DNA of 38,435 nucleotides from Octopus bimaculoides (Eukaryota). Position numbers and translations under genes: made by a program. The stretch is from assembly GCF_001194135.2 (NCBI RefSeq), contig NC_068982.1, forward strand, positions 40,440,456 to 40,478,890, in the 5' to 3' direction. Shown here in pieces: positions 11,246-24,002 of this stretch (position 1 is its first letter; every line of letters begins with the position of its first letter). The notes below the pieces were generated by a model. That model did no database searches. It had not been told where the DNA came from and saw only the letters and a program-made list of their open reading frames with translations.

Positions 11246-11719
11246 GACACACAGGGATATTTATAAAGCAACATCAATAATGGCGATGGCAGTGTTGGTT
11301 AATTTTTCGAATCTTAATTCTGCCTGTTGGCAATCAGTATTGTTTGGTACTAGGGTATATTGTTTACATTGAAATATAATCAAATGAAGATGATTAATAG
11401 TACATAAAAGTATCGTAGATAGAGTAAATAACCTAGTGAAACATACCCGTTAACCAATGATGTATCAAATGTCCTTCTTATGACAGTGAGGTGTTGTTTG
11501 AAAGCGATTTACTGCTGTTTTTAGCAAAACTGGTAACCACTTACTAGCAAACGAATTAGTCGAATGTGAGAAAATTGAAGACTTTGGTGATGACATGCAT
11601 CTATAACATTAGTGCTTTTCGTGTTCCTAGTTTATTCTTTTGAATGTTTGCAATCTATATCTAATGGACGATGTTATGTATACTACGATACCTTGATCAA
11701 AATTTGGGCTGTCCTCTTC

Positions 11720-12013
11720 TTCTATTGATAATAACTAGGAGTTCTACGATATTGTTTTTATGTAATATCTCCTGTGATAACGATGCTTTTACTTGGATAA
11801 AAGTTCTGTTGTCCATTTCTATTGATAGCAATTAAGTATTACAGTATTGATTTTATGTAATATAGCAATGAATATCTTCTGTGATAACGATAATTTTAGT
11901 TATATAAAAGTTATGCTGCCCACTTCTATTGATAGCAATTAAGAAAAGATTTTATGTAATATAGTAATATGAATACCTCCTGTGATGAAGAAGTTAGTTA
12001 TATAAAAGTTATG
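11720..12013. repeat. Diverged tandem repeat, three units of about 100 bp
   Basis: Units start TTCTATTGATA at 11720, 11817 and 11924. Each contains ttttatgtaatat, ctgtgat and ataaaagtt. Confidence 0.85.
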
Positions 12014-12045
12014 TTTAAGCGTGTACTGCTCGTTATATTGTAGAT

Positions 12046-12170
12046 CAGGGGTCTCCAACCGCCCGATTGTGGACCAGTACCGGACCGTAAATCATTTGGT
12101 ACAGGGCTGCAAAGAAAAAATAAATTTTTGAATTCTATTTTATTCACTATTGCCATCTACAAAGGATTTT
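12046..12170 (+). mobile_element. hAT (Charlie-like) terminal fragment
   Basis: Starts CAGGGGTCTCCAACC...GGACCAGTACCGG, a typical hAT/Charlie MITE terminus. No second end seen. Confidence 0.55.
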
Positions 12171-12204
12171 TGCGTTATATATGTAATATATGTGTAATAT
12201 CATT

Positions 12205-12690
12205 TATCTTTTACTTGTTTCAATCTTTGGACTTTTAGGCACAATGTTGAAGCTTTTCTTTTCTTTTTTTTTTTTGTCTTTTACTCTGACAAATCGACCC
12301 CAGCACTTATCTTTTAAAGTCTAGCACTTATTCTACCAGTCTTTTTTGCCGAAATGCAAAGTTATGGAAATGTAAACAAACTAACACCGGTTTATAAGCG
12401 GTGGTGAGGGACAAACACAATCACACACACACACGCGCATACACACATACATGATACATACATANNNNNNNNNNNNNNNNNNNNNNNNNNNATATATATA
12501 TATATATATATATATATACAAAGAGAGAGAGAGATAATACGGGCTTCTTTCAGTTTCTGTCTGTCAAATCCACTCACAAGGCTTTGGTCCGTTCAGGCCT
12601 ATAGTACAAGGTATTTGCCCAATGTGGAACGCAGTGGGACTGAATTGGGAACCCTGTGGCTGGAAAGCAAACTTCTTACCACACAATCAC
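12205..12690 (-). mobile_element. Full-length SINE family A (gap in internal microsatellite)
   Basis: Same tail/microsatellite/head order as 5304-5720. Confidence 0.8.
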
Positions 12691-13267
12691 CCCTATATTA
12701 TATATGTAATAAATAAATTATATATTATGCACTTCATGATTTTGTTATGCGAGAAAAATTGTCTTGCATGAAACCAGTGCGTGACGCAGATGTTGGGGAC
12801 CAATGTTGTATGATTAGTTATTTTTCGTCATGTGCATGTGACGTACATTTTAAAATTGGTTCTTGTGTTTTAAAGAATATGTTTGTTGATTTCATTTTGT
12901 GAGAAGCTGTTTACAGGAAAAACAAAATAATGGCCGTACCTTCAATTATCTCTAAGTTGTGTTGCATGATTTATAGGTTTTTTAAAAAAATTATCTATTC
13001 TGACTATTTGTATGTGCGATAGTATTTTGGTACGATGTTGTTTACTAGAGAAAGATTTTAGTACATGTTTCCCATAAAGTCGTCACCTTCAAATTCCATA
13101 ATGTTAAACCGTTCGTTGCCCTATATGTTACTTGAATATTCCAATTTTGACCGTCGTTCCAGCTTTGACCATCAACATTTTTTTCTGGTATATCATATCC
13201 ATATTCACTGATGTTCTATCGTCACCCATTTCAGAGCAGTAGCTGAAAGGATGATGTTTTAAGACAG

Positions 13268-13490
13268 ATTTGGCGGTCAGCTGGCAGACTCGTTAACACG
13301 CCGGACAAAATGCTTTGTGACATTTCTTGCGGCTCTTTACGTTCTGAATTCAGGTGCCTCCGAGATCGTCTCTGCCTTTTATCCTTTCGGATGAAAAGTA
13401 CCAGTCAAACTCTGAGGTTGATGTAATCGACTTGCCCGCCCCCTCCTCTAAAATTCCTGACCTCTTGCCAAAATTAGAAAGAACATTTCT
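13268..13490 (+). mobile_element. SINE family C
   Basis: ggcggtcagctggcaga..cgtta.cacgccggacaaaatgc...gttctgaattc...tcctttcgg...aagtaccagt...gatgtaatcgac...gccaaaatt. Similar to 15110-15320. Confidence 0.75.
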
Positions 13491-13539
13491 GGCATATCAA
13501 GCGAATGCAAGATGGGGTTTTTTTTTCGCTTTTTCTGGT

Positions 13540-13574
<35 letters not shown>

Positions 13575-14464
13575 TTTTTGCTATCATGATAACTAAAACA
13601 AGAAATGGCTTGTATATTTAAAAGCCTAGAAATATATTCTTAATGAATGGGTGATGATTTAACATATCCTAATTAGCATTTCGCTGTATTTTCATATTAC
13701 TTCTAACATAAAGCATAATCACTTTCTTCTTCTTCTTCTTCTTCTTCTTATTGATTTCCTTCTTCTTCTTCTCCTCCTCCTCCTCCACCTCCTTCTTTTT
13801 CTGGATATTGGCGATATCTGGATAAGGCAAAATCTAACTTAATGAGATTCGGATTCAGAACGTAAAGGACTTTATCATCCAACTGACCAATCATAGCAAA
13901 CATATGCTTATTTAACGTATGCATGACTCAGAGCACATAGCAAGCTATATGTGCTTCTGGTATCGCTAATTCAGTTCAAAAAGACAATTCTAAAACAGTA
14001 CATCATATTCTTATATAATAAACAGACTATATTTAATCTCTTGAGCGTGCTACAAGTCTTATACGAGTATAATGTACAATGTATCATCTCTATGGCGATA
14101 CAAATGACCTTTCTTAATATGAAAATAATATTTAGTTTTCTTTTTATATAGAGCCAGTTGAAACAGATTAAACGTTATTCAGTTGCTCGAATTTAGCTCA
14201 CATTTTATTCGCTCTCTTCTATGTCTTCAGCGTCTGCATTGACATTTGGTTTTCAAAATATTAAAAATAAAAAACGTATTCGTATGTTCATCGTTTATGT
14301 GGAGATTAATTTTCAAGAATGTAAATTACTGCCCATGTGCACACTCACATATGCACGCAGGGGTATAATTTAAATTCTTGTGTATTAATTTACATATGAA
14401 CGATGAATACACACGCTCACTCGCTCACCCACAAATACATATGAGCAATCGTATATGAATGATA

Positions 14465-14525
<61 letters not shown>

Positions 14526-14724
14526 CATACATACATACATACATATATGTTTGTGTATGTATATGTATGTATGTATATANNNNNNNNNNNNNNNNNNNNN
14601 NNNNNNNNNNNNNNNNNNNNNNNNNNNNNNNNNNNNNNNNNNNNNNNNNNNNNNNNNNNNNNNNNNNNNNNNNNNNNNNNNNNNNNNNNNNNNNNNNNNN
14701 NNNNNNNNNNNNNNNNNNNNNNNN

Positions 14725-14756
<32 letters not shown>

Positions 14757-14842
14757 TGTAGATATATATTTATATATACATACATATATAAATATATATA
14801 CTGTATATTTATGTTCGTAAAGATATATTTAACTGTGCACTG

Positions 14843-14844
<2 letters not shown>

Positions 14845-14894
<50 letters not shown>
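14845..14894. repeat. (GATA)n microsatellite
   Basis: Directly visible. Confidence 0.95.
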
Positions 14895-14895
<1 letters not shown>

Positions 14896-15042
14896 TTATG
14901 ACAAGAGAACAGCATTCATAATCATCTTCAGTAGCTTACAGTAGTTTCTGCTATAAGAAGCAGTGTACTCGGCGCTGAGTTCTTGAACAATATCATATGG
15001 CTTCCTCGGAGACATTACATTAATTAATATAACACTGTATGG

Positions 15043-15320
15043 TGTAGAGACGCGTAGCTTAGTGGTTAGAATGTTGCCCTCATAATCGTAAGATTGTTTT
15101 AAATATGACAACGAGCTGGCTAAATCGTTAGCACACCGGACGAAATGGCGATATACATTTCGTCCGTCTTTACGTTCATAGTTCAAATTCTACCGAAGTT
15201 GTCCTTGTCTTTCATCATTACGGGATCTATAAAATAAATATCAGTTGAGCACTGCGATTGATGTAGTCGTTTTACACCCGCCCACAAAATTGCAGGCCTT
15301 GTGCCAAAAGTTGAATCCTG
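15043..15320 (+). mobile_element. SINE family C preceded by a family-B-like head fragment
   Basis: gacgcgtagcttagtggttaga...aatcgtaag (B-like head) joined to gagctggctaaatcgttagcacaccggac...gttcaaattc...gccttgtgccaaaa. Confidence 0.7.
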
Positions 15321-16231
15321 TATTATGTTGTGTGTTTGCCTAATATTTTACTCCAAAAGCATAAATATATTGAGTTGTAAGAACTGGTTATTAGTTCTGC
15401 TACACCCAAGTGAAATCATAATATGTATGAGTGTGAGTTTTTGTGCAAGTACACACACAGACAGATCGCTCTAAAATACATGTATCTATAAACACTTATT
15501 GAGTGTGTTAACGCATCACCTATTTCAACTTAATATGTTACTCCTTTTTTTTTTTTCAACCTCATTCTAACCTTATATCTATTATCACTGCTTTCTAAAA
15601 AGCTTTGTTAAAAATATAATCTCTCTCATACGAAGTATCAGTCCCGAAACGTAAAATACCGCTTCTTCCATCGATATACAATTTATCAACAATCCTCTCA
15701 GGCTACACCATAATTAATCTTAGAGTGGTATTTTTCACGAAAATTGTTCACTAAATGTTGATATAAATTATGAATTATTCGGGGCCACGACATTGTCTGT
15801 ACAGTGAAAGAATGAAAGAAAAAGGTGAACTTCTGATACACAACATAAAGGTGTGGTGTATGATCTTACCTTGTAGTAAGTCTTCCGCTACGCAATGTTC
15901 TGATTCGAGAGTTATAGATATATCTCTCATCAGAAGGTATATGAATACAGAATCGCTCTGTCTCCAGAAGTATACGACTTATGGTCGTACGGATTAGGCA
16001 TGAAAGAACATGGAGTGGATGAATGTACCAAAGGAACAACGATTTTATATGTAAAATAATGGAACAATCTTTCAAAGAAAGTTATTTCGAAGTGTCCAAT
16101 ATGGAATTAACTTTCTTCGAGCTGTATATACCCACTAGCGTGGTATTAATTCACCATAATTAGTTTTAGAGAGGTAGTTTTCACAAAAATACGCAACAAC
16201 GCTTCACACTCCGTAGAAATTGTAGCTTATT

Positions 16232-16615
16232 CAGTTGTTGGCACTCCGTCGCTTACGACGTCGAGGGTTCCAGTTGATCCGGTCAACGGAACGGCCTGCT
16301 CGTGAAATTAACGTGCAAGTGGTTGAGCACTCCACAGACACGTGTGCCCTTAATGCAGTTCTAGCGGATATTCAGCGTGACACAGTGTGACAAGGCTGAC
16401 CCTTTGAATTACAGGCACAACAGAAACAGGAAGTAAGAATGAGAGAAAGTTGTGGTGAAAGAGTACAGCAGGGTTCACCACCATCCCCTGCCGGAGCCTC
16501 GTGGAGCTTTAGGTGTTTTCGCTCAATAAACACTCACAACGCCCGGTCTGGGAATCGAAACCGCGATCCTATGACCGCGAGTCCGCTGCCCTAACCACTG
16601 GGCCATTGCACCGCC
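16232..16615 (-). mobile_element. Full-length SINE family B
   Basis: Minus-strand tRNA-like head (GGCCCAGTGGTTAGG...GGTTTCGATTCCC). The 3' part (caaagggtcagcc...gtcacgctgaat...cacttgcacgttaa...ctggaaccct...gacggagtg) is shared with 18292-18590. Confidence 0.85.
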
Positions 16616-17084
16616 ACAGCTTATTTAGAGCCATGACATAAATTTATAGAGAGAAAGAAACTATATATGTCAGACGATATATTATGCAAACGTGTAGTAG
16701 TATATTAAGTATAGAGTGTCGTGTTGATTACTATAGTGTGATTACTTGCTTAGGTATCATATATAACAAGCCATATATTTAAGAATATGTATGTAAGCGA
16801 TAAATAAAATATGATTTATGGCATGATATAGTGTGAAATTATACGGAAATAACATGACGCACATCATGTGTTGTGGCAAGCACGATTTATTGGTGAATAG
16901 TATGACACAGCAGAATATGTTAAGTTATGCTATAAGCAAATGTCATTTGATATTTTGTTTGGTATGGTATTGTATTCATAGCTATGATACCGATTTCCAT
17001 TTAATATTTACAATTCTGATAATCATGGATTATTTTTGTTTAGCTATATATTGAATTTGATGGATTTTTTCTCCCATGGCTAAT

Positions 17085-17250
17085 TGTTGAAAGGCTGTGT
17101 GGTGAAGACTTTCTCTTCGTAACTACGTGGTTTCAAGATCGAGTTCTTTCCTTGGGGAAATGTTGTCTCCCATTTCTTAGAGCCGACTAGTATCCTAGAG
17201 TCTTATGAATGAAATTGGCTTGGTGGAAACTGTGCAGAAGCCTGTTGAAG
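17085..17250 (+). mobile_element. Degenerate SINE family A head
   Basis: ggctgtgtggtgaag...ccttgggaaatgttgtctc...tggtggaaactgtgcagaagcctg. Confidence 0.5.
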
Positions 17251-17419
17251 GGAGGGCTTCTATTTACCATTGTCAGTAGTATTGTAGTTGAGTGTATTCG
17301 TATGAATCTATGTTGAGATTTGGGGAGGTTATCGTGTGGATTACGGATGCCAAATCTTCTTATGATTCTTTTATGAGTACATGATGGATTTGTATGACAA
17401 TAGATTGGTATGATGTTAT

Positions 17420-17643
17420 TCTTTTATTCTTTTATTCTTTTATTCTGTTATTTACTTCAGTCATTTGACTGCGGCGATGCTGGAGCACCGCCTTTAGTCG
17501 AAGAAATCGACCCCAAGACTTGTTCTTTATAAGACTAGTACTTATTCTATCAGTCTCTTTTGCCGAACCGCTAGTTTACGGAGACGTAAACACACCAACA
17601 TCGGTTGTAAAGCGATGGTAGAGAGACAAACACAGACACACAA

Positions 17644-17687
<44 letters not shown>

Positions 17688-17905
17688 GTGTGTATGTATG
17701 TATGCATGCATGCATGTATGTATGCATGTATGTATGTATGTATGTATATTCGACAGGCTTCTTTCAGTTTCCGTCTACCAAATCCACTCACAAGGTTTTG
17801 GTCTGTCCGAAGCTATAGTAGAAGACACTTGCCCAAGGTGCCACGCAGTAGGACTGAACCCGGAACCATGTGGTTGGTAAGCAAGCGACTTAACACACAA
17901 CCACT
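17420..17905 (-). mobile_element. Full-length SINE family A with internal (CATA/TA/TATG)n
   Basis: Same architecture as 5304-5720. Confidence 0.85.
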
Positions 17906-18291
17906 CTAGACTTGTAATTTTACCCAGTATCCATAAACAATCGCGTATAAATATGGGATATGCTGCTTTAGGTGCATCTATAATTGTTTTATTAAAATTA
18001 TGAATTTGTGTATCTGGTATTGCTGAGTTAGAAAAACTCAATTCTGTTTCTTGTAAAAGCTGTCCATTTAGGTTTTTATGAAATTTTTAAAATCGCTTTT
18101 GCGCTCTTTCATTCAAGAGCGAATAACTTTTGATGATAATTGGTAGGCACTCCAAGAAAAGTTAAGGAAATGTTCGCTAAGAGCTAAGTGTGTGTATGGA
18201 GGTTGATCTCGGGAAGAGTTGTAGCTAATTCGATGATATGAATGCGCGTATGAGCGTATGTATCTATGCACTTTCTTCTTGAATGACATGT

Positions 18292-18590
18292 GAAGGCGCA
18301 TGGCTGAGTGGTAAGGGTATTCGGCTTACGATCATAAAGTCGTGAGTTCATTGTGTCCTTGATCCAGACACTTTATTTCACGTTGCTGCAGTCCACTTAG
18401 CTAGCAACAATAAGTGGCACCTGTAAATCAAAGGGTCAACCTTCTGTGTCACGCTGAATCTCCCTGAGAACTACGTTAAGGTATGCGTTCTTGTGGAGTA
18501 CTCAGCCACTTGCACGTTAATTGTCAAGAACAGGCCGTTACGTTGATCGGATCAGCTGGAACCCTTGTCGCCGTAACCGACGGAGTGGCA
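18292..18590 (+). mobile_element. SINE family B
   Basis: gaaggcgcatggctgagtggtaagg...gtgagttc head, CORE-like ttgtgtccttga...gacacttt, and a tail shared with 16232-16400. Confidence 0.85.
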
Positions 18591-18683
18591 TATATATATA
18601 TATATATATATATATGTGCCATGTATGTATGTATGTATGTATGTATGTTGGTATATATGTATGTATATATTTATGTATGTATG

Positions 18684-18771
<88 letters not shown>

Positions 18772-19744
18772 TGTACTTCGCTTACTAGTGTTATATGTTA
18801 TTTTCAAAGCTTGCATTTGTAGTGTCTCTTTATTTTATCCGTATTAGCTTACGAACGTCATTTGCGATATCTTTCAATTAAATCCCCAGTCTTTTGTTAA
18901 GTCTGTTATCAGACAAACCCCGTTGTTTCTGTCTCGTCTGATTTTAGTATAATTCAAACAGGTAAATATTCTGTGATCTGGTATTAATTGTGTTTTCCTG
19001 AATTAATGAACGGTGTGAATGATGATAAAATCTTTTAGTTCCATAAAATGTCTTTAATGTAGCTAGCGTGGTATTGCAGTATTTTTAGATTGTTTGTGTC
19101 ATGATTACAAAATTTATTTGATTATGAAGTGTTAATTTTTAAATATATTCTGTATTGACCTGTGACATTAGGAAACGAGATGGCGTTACTTCCTGTTTTG
19201 TTTTTTTTGTTTTTGTTTTTTTGTTACTGTCAGTTTTATTATTATTCTTCGCGCTAAATCGTATGTTTTTCTGGATTATTTGTGTATGAAGTTGCTTGTT
19301 GATTTTTCTACGTGTAACAGAGAAACTTTTTAAGAATATAGTTANNNNNNNNNNNNNNNNNNNNNNNNNNNNNNNNNNNNNNNNNNNNNNNNNNNNNNNN
19401 NNNNNNNNNNNNNNNNNNNNNNNNNNNNNNNNNNNNNNNNNNNNNNNNNNNNNNNNNNNNNNNNNNNNNNNNNNNNNNNNNNNNNNNNNNNNNNNNNNNN
19501 NNNNNNNNNNNNNNNNNNGTCACCCCTGTTCATGTTTTGCATAATCTATGGCCAAAAGCGTTCTAACCTAGACCATTCATTTTTCATTTGAGACATACAA
19601 TATTTTGCAACATATTCAATATGTTAGTTCGTTCTTTAAGATCGTGAGATGAATTTTTTGACCGATTTGGCTGTTATTTCCAGCAGGTTGAGCGATGACA
19701 TAGAGGGTACTCGCTGGCTCGTTGTGAAATGTATCGAGATATTG

Positions 19745-19890
19745 ATTTAAAGTTTGGCACAAGGCCAGAAATTTCGGGGGAGGGGTAACTCGATTACATC
19801 GACCCCAGCGTTCAAATGGTACTTATTTTATCGACCCCAAAAGGATGAAAGGCAAAGTCGACTTCGGCAGAATTTGAACTCAGCTTGCTG
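19745..19890 (-). mobile_element. SINE family C fragment
   Basis: tttggcacaaggcc...cgattacatcgacccca...ggtacttattttatcgacccc...gatgaaaggcaaagtcgac...atttgaactc. Confidence 0.8.
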
Positions 19891-20015
19891 CCTTCATGTA
19901 TCGAGATATTGTAGTGTAACCGTATTTGCAGTGTGACCCCAGTCAACTCTGACTGAACAGACTGAATGAAATTCAAAGATCACTACTCCAGTTAAATACC
20001 CACTAGAGTAAGGGA

Positions 20016-20206
20016 CAGAGCTACACATTCCTGCGTGAAGGGGTGGCATTACGCGCACCTGCGTGCAAGGAGGAGCTCTACGTGCACCTGTGTACAAGAA
20101 CGACACAACGCAATCCTACATATGACTTGCACAACGCACTCCTGCGTGCAGGGATAGCACAAAGCTCTCATGCGAGCAGGAAGGGCAACAACGCACTCCC
20201 GCGTAT
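20016..20206. repeat. GC-rich degenerate minisatellite, 7 units of 26-30 bp
   Basis: Core C(T/A/C)GCGTG-like at 20031, 20059, 20088, 20116, 20142, 20169 and 20199. Approximate consensus gcacaacgcactcctgcgtgcaggga. Confidence 0.75.
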
Positions 20207-22829
20207 ATATAGTCTTGTAGAAATCCATTCAAAGAGAGTTTCTTCTGCTGTTAACACGAGGCCCTATATGATAATAAATTCTACTAAATTTCACAGTGGA
20301 GGAGGAGAAGAGCAATCTGATCAGACTGCAAAACTTGTGGTACTGCACTGGTCATTAATGGTACTTTTCTCATCTCAAGACTTTCAGTTAGTGTTTATCA
20401 GAGCAGGGTGTCGTGTGACTTGTCAGTATTTTAGTGAGATTGAGTGGCAAAAGTTCGAATCGTTGTAGAGTAAACCGTTTTGAAAATATCAGGATCAAAA
20501 TAGATACTGCTGTACAGATATTCAGTCAGCTATAAATAGCCAAATTTTCTTGAAACTAACTCCTACCATCTTTAAAAAAGCAAAAACGAAGTTACATTAA
20601 ATAACTTACCCTAGTCTTAAGAACATTATTCTTGAACAAAAAAAAATGGATTCATCTTGCGTGGAATACATTTTAATACATTTTAGCATACGTCTGCTTG
20701 ATCAGTGATGACCTGCAGCTAAATAAGAACAATAACAGCCACAGCAACAACAACGATAACAACAAACAACCAAAACATCTGAAACCATTACCTACGGCCA
20801 TATGAATCTAAAACATTGAAGAATTCAGATGTATAACAACAGATCACATCTAGAATGATAGCTACAGTGCGATAAATTTAGTGTGTAGTAAGGTAGCTGC
20901 TTTTAATAGCTTTCATGTAATGTTGTTAGTTTCTGCTTTAACACCACAGCTTCTTGTCACATTTTATGATTGCTGTGTATATGTGGGGTTTTTTTTTAGA
21001 GGTTGAATAAATTAAAGTTAATAAAAAAAGAAAACTTGAGAAGTAGAGAGGGGAGATAAAAGAAAGAAAGAAAGAAAGAAAGAAAAAACAAATAATTATC
21101 GAAAAAGATAGAAAGAAAAGAATGAAAAGATAAAGCGCGTGAGACGATTGATTCGTCAAAGAAGAAAAAGAAAGACCAATGAGAGTGACGGCTAAAGCTC
21201 CAACCGAGCATGGAAAGAATATTCTAGTCTTGAAACGTGAATAGGAAAATAAAGTTCAGAATAATTCTTCAGTTGACATTTGCTTTTAATGACTTCTCAA
21301 TGACGTAAAACTCTTGTGAAACCTCTCCAATAGTTTTGGTAAAAGCAAATAAAATTCTTTCTCTCTCTATAGGTCATGGATGCTTCCGAGTCAAATATTG
21401 ATCAATAGTCAACTCCTTTTGCTATTGATTCGTGTCAAGTTATACTAATTACAAATAACATACGATCGATTATTTCTTTCTGGGTTAGGAAATGAAGCAT
21501 CGAAACATCAGCAATAAATGCATGACTCAGGAAATTTATTTACTTAACCATTTCAGAACATGCTGATTAGCATTTTGTATTATGTTCACAGTACTTCCTT
21601 ACATTAGTTAAGCCTTCTTGGGTTGTATAATCATATCCACGCTTCCATGGAATATAACACAGAAAACACGTTGAAAATATTTAAGACATTTGAAAATCTA
21701 TACTCATTGAAAAGGCTACGAGATTTATGTGGTTAATAATTTTGGTAGGAAGAAGAAAAAAATATAAAGAAACACAATCGTTGAGTATGTTTATAAGTTT
21801 TAACAACAGGACTTTTAAAATATAATAACAAAGATTTTATCTATGTAAGTATTGGAACTTATTAGATATAAACTCAACTGATACGTTTCTAGACTGAAAT
21901 AAATTTTAATTCTTAATCTCTTCAGAAAGTAGATATATTTTCAATCTATTCCGAATAGCTTTCCTCTTCATCGACATGTGAATGCTGTGAAGCAGTGTAA
22001 CCATTCATTCTTTTAAAAATATTCTCTGAAATACTATGAGTCATAGAGCTGAGGCTGTGACCTACGATATTAGAATATCCGTCATGTCACAGATAGACCG
22101 ACTGAACAATTGAGAGCTGTCTCGACGATGTACATATTTCAGTGTTGGTATCATGATATGAATGCCGATAAATCACCGTGGTGTTCGATTCAATACCCTA
22201 TCAATTCGAATTTTAGAAGCCTTCAAGGTTGCTGTTGAAAGATAACTAAATATAGACACTCTGTTGTAAGCATTCGGGCTGTCTCCTGTTTGGGGATACC
22301 TTCTTCGCTCTCACCGACCACTCTCGAAAGCTCTATAAGGGGTCATGAGCACTGCCTTCTCCCCTAACAGATAATATAATAACACCATTACATACCTTAT
22401 CGTAGTCCACTTGACAAACTGGGACAAATGGCATATCACAAGAATATCATAAAAACGACTACCAAGTAAGGTTTTCTGTGAGTGTGACAATGGGAATGTC
22501 TCTATACAATCATTCGATTGCTAGAAATAACGGCAAATCTCTATCAATTCACAACTTACTTTCTTAAGAAAAATAACACTGGATTATGTAAACCTGGATG
22601 GAATATGTCTAAAAATAAAATGAATGGCCCAGACTGGAAGATCTATTATTACTAGGTCTGCATTATCAGAAATGATTTAGGAATAAACAATAATAGCAGG
22701 AAAAACAGAAGCCCTCGATAGGATTTGGCACAAACTTGACTAAACAGGAGATATAACAATTGTTTCTAATTTAGACGCAAAGCAAACACTTTTGAGAGTA
22801 AAGGAAGTAGTTGATAGAATCGCCGACTG

Positions 22830-23335
22830 ATACTTTATTTATTTTTTTTTTTTGACACCGAAGTGATGAAGGGCAAACCTGACCGCAGCGTTTGCACTCT
22901 GAACGTAAAAAAGCTCGAGCAAATAAGGCAATTATTTTTCCCGACGCTTTAACGGTTCTGCCAATTCACTGCCGTCAAAACTTTCTCCAATTTTGACATA
23001 AGACCAGCATTTTTTAGAAAGGGGCTGTTGAATACATCATCCCCAATAAACAACCGGTACTTTTTGTCAATCCCGATAAGAAAAAAGGCAAAGTCGACCT
23101 CTGCGGACCACCCTTATTGGTTCTTTCTAATTTTGGCACAAGACTAGGAATTTTGAAGGGATGGGGCAATCGATTACATTGGATAGATTGCTCAATTGAT
23201 GCTTATTTTACCAATTCTAGAAGGATGAAAGACAATGTCAATCTCGGCAGCATTTGAACTCAGAGCGTAAAGAGCCTGATAAAATGCCGCCTAAACATTT
23301 TGTCTGGAGTGTTCTGCTAGCTCGCCGCCTTGACT
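22830..23335 (-). mobile_element. Cluster of two to three degenerate SINE family C pieces
   Basis: Repeated gatgaa(a/g)ggcaaa.tcgacc...tttgaactcaga.cgtaaa and ttttggcacaag motifs. Confidence 0.6.
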
Positions 23336-24002
23336 ATCTCTGACAATGATACATCGTTAGATTTCAAATTATAAAGAGGAGAAATTAACAAATTAACTAT
23401 ACTTAGAGATGAGTCTAAAGATGAGTTCTAGATAGCTATCACGATAAAGCAGTAAAATTATTGTGGCATTAACGAGTGGAATCTTTGGCTTGTAGTGTCC
23501 AATTTCATTCATTCAGCAGGAAAAGGCATGTTTTGTCTGGTGATGAAATTTGTTTCTCATGCACTTAACAATACGATAACTGGAGATAATCCCATGGATT
23601 GTGAGTTTCTCAAAGATGCATTTTGGAAAGCTGGAAATAAAATAGTTGTGATTGTCCTTGTTTTTGTTGTTATTGGTGTTGTTTATACTAGGTTAATCCT
23701 TATTGAACAAACTTATTATCAAAACATGTATGCCAAGACAAACCGGTTCCAGTTTTTCTCTTTTTGATTGGAAAATACTATGTCTCAGAGGTTTTTTTGA
23801 ACGGTGGAGGTAACTTGAGGGAAGTTTAGCTGTTATTTTTGTTGAAGTTTCGGTAATCTGAACCTCTAATCTCAAACTGAAGTCACGTGTGCTCACTTAC
23901 AATTACATATACTGCAGTCTGCCTAACAAAACCACAAGTGCTCTTTAGATTCTATGGCCAAAGCCAAACTCATTGGACAGTGACCTTGAGATAAAACTAT
24001 AA

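Noticed and set aside
13085-13240. Minus-strand frame GYDIPEKNVDGQSWNDGQNWNIQVTY...
   Set aside because: No recognisable family or convincing splice pair. The repeated ggtcaaa motif suggests a TE remnant.
15625-15665. cccgaaacgt motif resembling a PLE hammerhead 3' half
   Set aside because: The upstream CTGANGA box is absent (ctcatacga). At best an unprovable relic.
15903-15937. Minus-strand CTGATGA-GAGA...TCTC-GAAT hammerhead-like motif
   Set aside because: The core has GAAT instead of GAAA, and no stem III, NUH site or stem I partner could be built.
15870-16030. Minus-strand donor AAG|GTAAGA at about 15870 with upstream open frames
   Set aside because: No good acceptor and no recognisable peptide.
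11720-20206. Tandem arrays as CRISPR-like structures
   Set aside because: The context is eukaryotic, and the units are diverged with no constant repeat and unique spacer pattern.
20043-20468. 141-aa plus-strand ORF
   Set aside because: It is built on the GC-rich minisatellite, whose units are not in frame; no domain recognised.
21880-21930. Minus-strand CTGAAGA...GAAACGTA
   Set aside because: Stems I and II do not pair; expected by chance in AT-rich DNA.
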